Assembly (NCBI GenBank): GCA_024400815.1
Contig: JAKSMD010000004.1
Coordinates: 1 to 63,430 of the forward strand
Reading direction: 5' to 3'
From: Bacteroidales bacterium
Lineage (GTDB): Bacteria > Bacteroidota > Bacteroidia > Bacteroidales > WCHB1-69
Length of the DNA stretch: 63,430 nt
Shown piece by piece: positions 27,959 through 37,000 of this stretch. The notes below the pieces were generated by a model. That model was given only the letters and a program-made list of their open reading frames with translations. It had not been told where the DNA came from and did no database searches. Made by a program: the position numbers and the translations under genes. Positions within the stretch are counted from its first letter, which is position 1. Every line of letters starts with the position of its first letter.

Positions 27959-28497
27959 AATGTTGGTTTTGGTTTTTGATTTAACATAAGGCGTAGTTTG
28001 GCTAAAGCGCGGACATATTGTGAGCGTACAGTCGAGGGTTTGATTTTCAATTGTTTGGCAATTTCTTCGAAATCAAGTTCTTCCAGAAGTCGCAGCGTTA
28101 TAATCAGCCGGTAACCGTTGGGCAGGTCGTTGATTGTTTGTTTGATAAATTCAACAGAATAATCGAAATCCTCATTTTCCTCGGCAGGAAGATCTACTGG
28201 GATATCCTCTTCAAAGGCAACGAAGTTGATTTTCTTTCTTTCTCGTAAAATGTTGATCGACATATTGATGCCGATTTTTTTAAGATAGGCGCACAGGTGC
28301 TTTTCATCGCCCACGAATTTGTCCAGGTGTTTGAAAGCCTTCAAAAAGACATTGTGCATCACTTCTTCCGATTCCGAGCTGTTTTGAAGAATTCGAAAGC
28401 AGCAGTTGAAAGTTTCAAAGCGGTATCTCATATAGAATTCGCGACAAGCTTCATTGTCGTATTGAGCGCAAAGTCGGAGCATTTGTTCGAATTCCAT
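27955..28497 (-). CDS. ECF sigma-70 factor
   Basis: EEVMHNVFLKAF..YLKKIGINMSIN; LPNGYRLIITLRLLEELDFEEIAKQLKIKPSTVRSQYVRA. Confidence 0.92.
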   Translation of the reverse strand: MEFEQMLRLCAQYDNEACREFYMRYRFETFNCCFRILQNSSESEEVMHNVFLKAFKHLDKFVGDEKHLCAYLKKIGINMSINILRERKKINFVAFEEDIPVDLPAEENEDFDYSVEFIKQTINDLPNGYRLIITLRLLEELDFEEIAKQLKIKPSTVRSQYVRALAKLRLMLNQKPKPTL

Positions 28498-28586
28498 AAT
28501 TAAGAGAGTTAACTAATAAGGAAACACAAAAATAATGTTTTTGCTGCATAGAGCTGTTTTTTTCTCCATTCCCCAACCACATTCAT

Positions 28587-28650
28587 AAATGACGAAAAAA
28601 TTTTCCAACAAATGACGGAAAAATTTTCCAACAAATGGCGGAAAAAATGT
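28587..28650. repeat. 23-bp tandem direct repeat (x2.7) abutting the yggS -7 box
   Basis: AAATGACGAAAAAATTTTCCAAC / AAATGACGGAAAAATTTTCCAAC / AAATGGCGGAAAAAATGT, then TATTTTTG at 28650-28657. Confidence 0.8.
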
Positions 28651-28703
28651 ATTTTTGCTTCTACTTATATTCTGTCAACAAATTGTGTAATAACCTATAC
28701 GCG

Positions 28704-29375
28704 ATGAACATAGAAAAATACTACGAAATTAAAAACGCATTACCCGCTCCGGTGCAATTGATTGCCGTTTCGAAATTCAAACCGGCAGAAGACATCCAGA
28801 CTTTGTATAACGAAGGCCAACGCGCTTTCGGCGAAAATAAGGCTCAGGAAATGAAGGCCAAGCACGAAATCCTGCCCAAGGACATCCAGTGGCACTTCAT
28901 CGGCCATCTGCAAACCAACACAATCAAGTACATCGCACCTTACGTGACGATGATTCACAGCATTGACAGTGCCGAACTGCTGAGCGAGGTGAACAAGTAC
29001 GCGCTCAAGAACGACCGCGTGATTCCGTGTCTGCTGCAATTCCACATTGCCGCCGAAGAAACAAAGTTCGGTTTCGACCTCCGGGAATGTGAGGAAATGC
29101 TCAACTCCGCCGATTTCCAAAACTGGAAAAACGTCCACATCTGCGGCGTGATGGGTATGGGCACGTTCACTGAAGATATGGACCAGGTGCGTCGCGAGTT
29201 CCAACACCTGCACCAAATCTTTGATACGCTGAAGCAGAAATACTTTGCCGACGATGCAGATTTCAAAGAACTCTCTATGGGCATGACCGACGACTATCCC
29301 ATCGCAGTAGAGGAGGGGAGTACCTTCATCCGCATCGGCAGCGCCATCTTCGGAGCACGAAACTACCAGTTGTAG
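28704..29375 (+). CDS. yggS: Pyridoxal phosphate homeostasis protein
   Basis: LIAVSKF, FGENKAQE, WHFIGHLQTN, LSMGMTDD, RIGSAIFG. Confidence 0.95.
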   Translation: MNIEKYYEIKNALPAPVQLIAVSKFKPAEDIQTLYNEGQRAFGENKAQEMKAKHEILPKDIQWHFIGHLQTNTIKYIAPYVTMIHSIDSAELLSEVNKYALKNDRVIPCLLQFHIAAEETKFGFDLRECEEMLNSADFQNWKNVHICGVMGMGTFTEDMDQVRREFQHLHQIFDTLKQKYFADDADFKELSMGMTDDYPIAVEEGSTFIRIGSAIFGARNYQL

Positions 29376-29553
29376 TGAACGGTGAACAGTGACCAGTGAA
29401 CTGAAAGAAGAATGGTTAAGGAGAAAAGTATTGATATTAGTAGAAAACTATTTATACCTTAAACTTTAAACCTTAAACGGACGCCAACAAGCACGACACT
29501 TCATATACCGAGTAACTTTTCTTGAAACTTGAAACCAGAAACTTGAAACCTGT
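29375..29553. repeat. Three different heptamer arrays in the yggS-polA spacer
   Basis: (GTGAMCN)x4 at 29375-29402, (ACYTTAA)x3 at 29456-29476, (CYWGAAA)x4 at 29521-29548. Confidence 0.8.
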
Positions 29554-32232
29554 ATGAAACCCAAACTTTTCCTAATAGATGCTATGGGCTTGATTTTCAG
29601 AGCCTATTATGCAATGATAAAGAGCCCGCGCTTCACGTCAAAGGGCCTGAACACGTCAGCCATTCTTGGCTTTACCAATATGTTCTATGAGTTGGTCAAG
29701 AATGAGAAGCCCACGCACATAGCCGTGGCCTTTGACACGGGCGCCCCGACGTTCCGCCACATCGACTACCAAGACTACAAGGCCAACCGCGAGGCCACGC
29801 CCGACGACATCATCAATTCCGTGCCCTATATCCATCGCGTGTTGGATGCGTTCGGCATCACGCAAATCGGCATTGACGGCTACGAGGCCGACGACGTGGT
29901 GGGCACCTTGGCCAAGCACGCTGAAATAGAAGGCTATGATGTGTTTATGGTCACCTCCGACAAAGACTACGGACAGCTGGTTTCCGAAAACATCAAGATG
30001 TACAAGCCCGGCAAGTTCGGGCAGTCCGCCGAAATTTTAGGACCCGCCGAAATCTGCGAGAAGTTCGGCATCCAGCGTCCCGAGCAGGTGATTGACATCC
30101 TGGGCCTGCAGGGCGACTCCTCCGACAACATCCCCGGCGTGCCGGGCGTGGGCCCCGTGAGCGCCAAAAAACTGCTGGCCAAATACGACACCATCGAAGG
30201 CATCTACGCCTGCAATGCCAACCAAGAAAAAGAGAAACTGCAGAACCTACTTCTCGAAAACAAGGAGCAGGCCCTCCTTTCCAAGCAACTCGCCACCATT
30301 ATGATTGATGTGCCGGTGGAGTGCAATTTCGAGGAGATGGCCTACAACGGTCCCGATCCAGCAAAACTCAAAGCTATCTTCAATGAATTGGAATTCAAGG
30401 CATTGTCCAATCGTATTTTCACGGATTTGTCCCTGCAACAGCCTGCCACCGAGGTGGACCTTTTCAACCAGGATTTAGTTGCGCCCACAGAGGATGTTAA
30501 GGAAGAACCAATACTATTATTACCCAAAATAGAATCTGTTGACCCATCCAACTTCTCACTTCTCACTTCTCACCTCTCACCTCTCACTTCCAACATCTTC
30601 TTCGACTGGATTATGCAGGACGGCCGCATTGCCGGCTTTGCCTTTGCCCTGGACGACCAGACATGCTATTACCATTTTGTGGAGAGCGAGCACCGCTATT
30701 ATCAGCAGTTGATACAGTGGATTTTCACGGGTGACCACACGGTCGTCACGTATGAGAGTAAGCCGACGTACAAGTATTTGAAGGTCTTCAAGGTCGAGCC
30801 GACGGTGAAGATTTTCGACTTGCAGATTGCCCATTACCTCATCCAGCCCGAGAACAAGCACGACCTGGACCGCATTACGGCTGCCAGTTTGGATTATACG
30901 TTGAAAGCCAACAGCCAGGAGTTGCAGAACATTGCCATTGAGCGCGTAAGTTGTTATGTGAAGCTTTATCCTTTGCTTTTGAAAGATTTGCAAGACAATC
31001 AATTAGAGTCCTTGTTTGAGAAGGTGGAGATGCCGTTAGTGCCAGTTTTGGCGGAGATGGAGCGCACGGGCGTGAAGGTCGATGTGCCCACCTTGCAGAA
31101 AAACTCCGAAACGATGAACGCCGAGCTCAAAGAATTGGAAACGCAGATTTTCGATTATGCTGGTGTGGAATTCAATATTGGCTCTCCCAAGCAGTTAGGT
31201 GAAGTGCTCTTTGAAAAAATGCACATTATCGAAAATGCCAAACTGACGAAGAGCAAGCAATATCAGACGGGCGAGGAGGTGCTCTTGAAGATGGCCTCCA
31301 AGCATCTCATCGTGCCGCTTATCTTGGAGTGGCGCAAACTCTCGAAGCTAAAGTCAACATATATAGACGCGCTGCCGCAGTTAATCAATCCCAAGACGGG
31401 GCGCATTCATTCCACATTCACGCAGACCATCACCTCCACGGGGCGCTTAAGTTCGGTGAACCCGAATTTGCAGAACATTCCCGTGCGCACCGAGCGCGGC
31501 CGCGACATTCGCAAGGCGTTTGTGGCTTCCGATGACGAGCATATCATTCTCGCCGCCGACTACTCGCAAATCGAATTGCGCATTGTGGCGCATGTTTGTG
31601 GCGATGAACGCATGATTGAAACCTTCCGAAAAAATGAGGACATTCATGCGTCTATGGCTGCCCATATTTTCGGAGTCTCTCAGGATGAGGTCACCAAGGA
31701 TATGCGCCGCTCGGCTAAAACGGTGAACTTCGGCATCCTGTACGGCATTTCAGCCTTTGGGTTGGCTGACAGATTGCAGATTTCACAGGCAGACGCGCGG
31801 CAGTTGATTACGGACTACTATCGCAGTTTTCCGAAAATCACGGACTACTTGAACAGCACCTTGGAGTTTGCTCGCGAGCATCTCTTTGTGGAAACCCTTT
31901 TAGGCAGAAGACGTTATATTCGGGATATCAATGCGCAGAACGGCATTTTGAGGAAAGCGGCAGAGCGTAACGCCATCAATGCGCCAATTCAAGGTACGGC
32001 AGCAGACTTAATCAAAATTGCCATGATTGATATCCAGCATGAAATGGATAGATTGGGATTGCAAAGCAAGATGATTTTGCAAGTCCACGATGAACTGGTG
32101 TTTGACGCATGCAAAGATGAGCTGGAAGTCCTCAAGCAGATTGTGGCTGATAAGATGAGTGGATCCATGAAACTCTCTGTGCCATTGGATGTGGACATCA
32201 ATTCCGGCACGAGCTGGTTTGAGGCGCACTGA
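29554..32232 (+). CDS. polA: DNA polymerase I
   Basis: 5'-3' exonuclease motifs (LIDAMGLIFRAYY, YKANR, YEADD, GDSSDNIPGVPGVG); polymerase motifs TGRLSS, ADYSQIELR, AKTVNFGILYG, LQVHDEL; degenerate 3'-5' exonuclease region. Confidence 0.98.
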   Translation: MKPKLFLIDAMGLIFRAYYAMIKSPRFTSKGLNTSAILGFTNMFYELVKNEKPTHIAVAFDTGAPTFRHIDYQDYKANREATPDDIINSVPYIHRVLDAFGITQIGIDGYEADDVVGTLAKHAEIEGYDVFMVTSDKDYGQLVSENIKMYKPGKFGQSAEILGPAEICEKFGIQRPEQVIDILGLQGDSSDNIPGVPGVGPVSAKKLLAKYDTIEGIYACNANQEKEKLQNLLLENKEQALLSKQLATIMIDVPVECNFEEMAYNGPDPAKLKAIFNELEFKALSNRIFTDLSLQQPATEVDLFNQDLVAPTEDVKEEPILLLPKIESVDPSNFSLLTSHLSPLTSNIFFDWIMQDGRIAGFAFALDDQTCYYHFVESEHRYYQQLIQWIFTGDHTVVTYESKPTYKYLKVFKVEPTVKIFDLQIAHYLIQPENKHDLDRITAASLDYTLKANSQELQNIAIERVSCYVKLYPLLLKDLQDNQLESLFEKVEMPLVPVLAEMERTGVKVDVPTLQKNSETMNAELKELETQIFDYAGVEFNIGSPKQLGEVLFEKMHIIENAKLTKSKQYQTGEEVLLKMASKHLIVPLILEWRKLSKLKSTYIDALPQLINPKTGRIHSTFTQTITSTGRLSSVNPNLQNIPVRTERGRDIRKAFVASDDEHIILAADYSQIELRIVAHVCGDERMIETFRKNEDIHASMAAHIFGVSQDEVTKDMRRSAKTVNFGILYGISAFGLADRLQISQADARQLITDYYRSFPKITDYLNSTLEFAREHLFVETLLGRRRYIRDINAQNGILRKAAERNAINAPIQGTAADLIKIAMIDIQHEMDRLGLQSKMILQVHDELVFDACKDELEVLKQIVADKMSGSMKLSVPLDVDINSGTSWFEAH
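30551..30592 (+). repeat. In-frame heptamer array (ACYTCTC)x6 inside polA
   Basis: ACTTCTC x3, ACCTCTC x2, ACTTCCA = 42 nt; the region encodes FSLLTSHLSPLTSN. Confidence 0.9.
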
Positions 32233-32266
32233 TGTGGAGGCACGAACAAGTGAATATGGAAAAACG

Positions 32267-32303
32267 AAAGGCGGGAAACAACAACGTTATTCCCCGCCTT
32301 TTT
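32267..32303. terminator. Terminator between convergent polA and ssb
   Basis: AAAGGCGGG...CCCGCCTTTTT. Confidence 0.75.
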
Positions 32304-32328
32304 CATTTTTGGTTATTAGCTCTTAACT

Positions 32329-32784
32329 TTAAAACGGCAGGTCGTCGGTGGTTTCATCCGGCGGGCATGCGTATTCAGGTGCGGATTGCTGGGTAGGTGT
32401 GGCAGTTGCCACGTTTTGCACTTGCGTTACAACAGCTTGTCCGCCTTCGTTTTCACTCTTTGTGCTGAGCATAGTGAAAGTGTTGGCGTCAATTTCCGTG
32501 ATGTAGCGTTTTTGACCGTTGTCTTCCCAACTGCGGGTGCGCAATTTGCCTTCCAAATAGATCATTTTGCCCTTGTTGAGGTATTTTTCCGCATTTTCCG
32601 CCAGATTTCGCCAGCAGATGATGTTGTGCCATTCCGTGTATTCCGTACGGTTGCCGTCTTTGTCTTTGCGGATTTCAGAAGTTGCCAAAGAGAAGGATGC
32701 TTTTTTTACTCCGTTTTCGAAGGTTTTGATGTCGGGATCCTTGCCTAACCGACCCACTAAGATAACTTTGTTTATACCTGACAT
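32329..32784 (-). CDS. ssb: Single-stranded DNA-binding protein
   Basis: INKVILVGRLGKDP, TEWHNI, EGKLRTRSW, C-terminal DDLPF. Confidence 0.97.
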   Translation of the reverse strand: MSGINKVILVGRLGKDPDIKTFENGVKKASFSLATSEIRKDKDGNRTEYTEWHNIICWRNLAENAEKYLNKGKMIYLEGKLRTRSWEDNGQKRYITEIDANTFTMLSTKSENEGGQAVVTQVQNVATATPTQQSAPEYACPPDETTDDLPF

Positions 32785-32882
32785 AATATTGTGTTTTTAT
32801 TGTGGTGCAAAAATAATGCTTTTTTTAAAAAATTAATTATATGTTAAAATAATTAAATTTTTTTAACATTAACAAAGTTTTG

Positions 32883-33911
32883 TTAAAATTTAGGTTTGAA
32901 ACCTGCTTTGTTCAAAATGCCTTGCGCATCTTCATTTTTCATTAGTTCTTCCAAGGTCACATCGGAATGGTTATGCATATAGCTTTTAATGATTTGCAGT
33001 CCGATGTAGGAGCCGATACGGCCGGGTGAGTTGTTGCCGAATTCGCGGGTGAACGGGGTTTCGTCAATCATACGGCGGATATCGTCTTCGTCTTTGGAAT
33101 AGAGGAGTTTTTTCTCTATGAAATATTGCCAGATTTGGCTTATGTGTTCTTGAGCCCATTTGTACTGTTCTTCGGTATAGCCGATAATGTCTATTTCTTT
33201 GGTGTCGGGAAACATGATTTGGGTGAAATAGAGCTTTTTGCCTTCGTAAATCATATTGTCCAAAAGTGTGATTAAAGTTTTGTCAGGCAGGTGTTTGTAG
33301 GCCATACCTTTGGTGAAGCAGTCTAACGGTATGCGGTCGGGCGTGCATCTTCTGGCGATGAACTTAGGCATGCCGGCAGCGGTGTAGTATTTGAAATTCT
33401 CGCCCAAATACATATCCACACAGACGAAGAGGTTGTCTTCATATCCGAAGACGGACGGCGTGGAGAAATCCAGACCGGGAAGAATAGTGTAAATAGTGGG
33501 AACTTTGGAGTTTGGAAAATTCGACAAATAAATCTTGAAGGCATCGTCAAGGACTTTTTCGGTGGCTTTCATGTCGGGAAATTTCTCTTTGGTTGCCTTA
33601 TAGATTTCACGGATGATGGGGTCGGAGATATATCCTTTGAGTCCTCTCATCATTTGGGCATTGTTCCAGCAGTTGTTGGAAATCAGATTTTCAGGATATT
33701 TGCCATATAGCTTTTTCACGCCGTCCGCAATGTGGCTGGTGTCCAATGAGAACAAATCTCGCTCATATCGAACCATAGTGACATTCACATCTCGAACACT
33801 TTTCATCTGTTCCTTCGTGAGGTCTGGGGTTTTGACTTTTTCTTTTTTGTGGCAAGATTGGCAGCAGCAAGTCAGAACGATGGCGCAGAGTAACAAAATT
33901 GACTTTTTCAT
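32883..33911 (-). CDS. gldB: Gliding-motility lipoprotein GldB-like
   Basis: Lipobox; RYERDLF, VDMYLG, TLLDNMIYEGKKLY, IWQYFIEKKLLYS, SPGRIGSYIGLQII. Confidence 0.8.
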   Translation of the reverse strand: MKKSILLLCAIVLTCCCQSCHKKEKVKTPDLTKEQMKSVRDVNVTMVRYERDLFSLDTSHIADGVKKLYGKYPENLISNNCWNNAQMMRGLKGYISDPIIREIYKATKEKFPDMKATEKVLDDAFKIYLSNFPNSKVPTIYTILPGLDFSTPSVFGYEDNLFVCVDMYLGENFKYYTAAGMPKFIARRCTPDRIPLDCFTKGMAYKHLPDKTLITLLDNMIYEGKKLYFTQIMFPDTKEIDIIGYTEEQYKWAQEHISQIWQYFIEKKLLYSKDEDDIRRMIDETPFTREFGNNSPGRIGSYIGLQIIKSYMHNHSDVTLEELMKNEDAQGILNKAGFKPKF

Positions 33912-34093
33912 AAACTTAAAATTTGAGGAGGCAAAGATACAAAAAGCATAAAGATTGGACGGGGTGAGAGTTAATATTTTTTCTTATAAGGATATTCAAA
34001 AAAAAACTATATTTGCCGCCTTATATATATTAGGGTATAACATATAATGAAAAATACAACAATTAACTTAATTATTAATTAAAACAAACGCAA

Positions 34094-37000
34094 ATGAAAA
34101 AAACTGTACTTTCAAAAGTTCAGAACGGTATCATGCTGATACTGTTTGTTGTTTGCGCGATGGTGGGCTTCGCTCAAGGTTCTGAGAACTTTGCCACGAT
34201 TACCCCTAACAATACCAGCTACAACACAAAGACGACCTCTACGGGTTGGACTTGTTTGAATGCTGCTGTTGTCGCTGCAACCAACACGAATGCCATTGAA
34301 AACTGTGGCGGCCAATCTGTCGTCATCAATGGTAAAACAACTGCCGTAGGTTCCATTACCTCTCCGGTTTTAACGGGTGGTTGCGGAACTTTTTCTTTTA
34401 ATTACGGCAATGTGTTTTCAGAAAGCAAAGGCGTTTCCTTCTTATTTGAAGTGAAAAACACGAACGCTGAAGTGTTGTATGACACGACAGTGACGGTTAC
34501 GAACGCCATAGCTTCTATTGGCACTACTTTGAATTTCGAAGCCAATGTCAATATTGGCGGTGATTTTCAAGTGGTCATCACCAATCTCTCTCCCTCCAAT
34601 TCTACGAGCAACAAGGATAGATTGGCAATTTCTTGTATTGCTTGGACTGCCTACGAAGGCGGTGGCAGCGTTGTTACCATTGCTGCTCCTGCAATTTCTC
34701 CGGCTTCAGGCACTTTCTACACTCCTCAAACGATTGCTATCAATGCTGCTGAGGGCGCTTTGATTTATTACACCCTCGATGGTACTACCCCTACTCCTGC
34801 TTCTACGCTCTATACAGAACCGTTCACCGTTAGCGCAACAACCACTGTTAAAGCAATTGCTGTTGTAGGTGAAAATGCAAGTGCTGCTGCTACGGCTATT
34901 TATACCTTCCCTGTTGAAGTGGCCAATATCGCTGCTTTCAAAGAAAATGGTGTGAACAATACGCTTTACAAAATCACGGGCGACGTTAAGGTTATCTATC
35001 AAAATGCCGCAAGTGGTTACTTGTATGTTCAAGATGAAACAGGCGCTTTGTTATTCTACAAATACAACAATAACGAATACGAAAATGGTGATGTGATCAG
35101 CGGCGGTCTTTGCGGTACTTATGGCCTTTATGGTAATGCTCCGCAAATGGCTGGTGCTTTGAATCCTGCTGAAGGCGTTGCCGGTACTCCAGTAGAACCT
35201 ATCGTCGTTACTATCGCTGACTTGCAAAGCGATTTCGCTTCCTATTTGCACAAATTGGTTACCATCAACAATGTTAACTTCGATGGCAACTACTCTTACA
35301 CCCTGAACAACAGAGGCAATTCTGCTATCATTTCCGATGGCGAAAATACCATGACTTTCTACAACCAATACAAAACTTTGGATTGCGCTGTGAATGGCAC
35401 CACGAATTATAGCATCACGGGTATCGTTTACAACTACAACACTACCAAAGAAATCTCTCCGCGCGATTGCCAAGATATCGTCGCTGACGAAACCGTAGCA
35501 AGTCTTCCTTATACGCTCGATTTCGATGCACACAACGATAGTCGTTTCGTTATCGAAAATGGTACTGCTACCAACAAATGGTACGTTGGCCAAGCTTCTG
35601 GTTTTGACAACAACAAGTTGTTCATCTCCAACAACGGCGTAACAAACAAATATGCCAACACCGCTTCTACCGTTTCTGCTTATCGTACCATCAATATTCC
35701 TGCAGCTGGCGCTATGGTGTCTTTCGACTGCAGAGTTATGGGCGAAACCAATTACGACTACTTGTCCGTTTCTATCCGCAAGGATAATGAAACAACAGAA
35801 TTGGGCCAAGTGAGCGGCAGCAATGAATGGACAAACGTTACTTACTTCATTGATCCAGCAATGGCTGGTGCTGCAGACCTTGTTTTCACTTGGACCAATG
35901 ATGCTTCTACTGCAAACCAATTCCCAGCAGCTATCGATAACATCACCGTTGTTGAAAATCCTTGTTCTCCAGTGTCCAACTTGACCGCTACCGTATCCGG
36001 TACAACGGCCACCATCGCTTGGACCGCTGTTGAAGGTCAAAATGCATGGGTTGTTGAATACAAACCTGCCGACCGTACAGAATGGCATGCCGTGAATGCT
36101 ACCAGCAACTCTGTTGTATTGGCAGACCTCACCGGTAATACCGCTTACAATGTCAGAGTAAAAGCTGATTGCGGCGCAATGAATAGCATTTGGACCAATG
36201 CTGATTTCGCTATCGACTGCCAAAATTTGACCGTCGGCGATCCTCAAGATATTATCATCGGTACAGGTACGTCCACGACCAACAACTACATTTGGCCGGG
36301 TTATTACGGATGGCAATATTCTGCTCATTTGTATGATATGGAACAATATGGACAAGTGAACTCCATCGCTATGTATTTGAATTCTGCCTCTACCTCAACG
36401 GGTTCTTCTATGACTATTTGGGTGAAAGAAGTGGACAACGATTTTGCTTTTAATTCAAGCAATAGATTCAACGATTTTGTAGATGGTGCACAAGAAATTT
36501 TCACAGGCACTCCTGACTTCTCCCAAGCAGGTTGGATAGAATTTCCTATCCAAAACTTCACCCTTTCTGAAGGTAAGGACTTGCTCGTCATTATCCATGG
36601 TGTCGGCTGTTCTGCCAGTGGTGGCTGCAGCAAAACTACTCGCTACACCTCTACCCCCAACAAAATGTGGTATAAGAGCCAAGATACTTCTGACCCTGGC
36701 TATAACACTGCAGGTACTGTCTCTTCCTATAGAGCTAATCTCAAAATCAACATGACTAGCGAAGTTTGTGCTGATGTTCCTGCTTGCGCAGAACCGACTA
36801 ACTTGACTGTTTCCAATGTCACCGCTAATAGCGCAGAAATCGCTTGGAATGCGGGCGCAGACGAAACCGCTTGGACAGTTGAATACAGAACCGCTGATTC
36901 AGAAGACTGGACTGCAGCTGAAGCTGCTGAAACCAACTATGTATTAAATGGTTTGACAGCAAATACTCCGTATGTTGTTCGCGTAGCAGCTAACTGCGGC

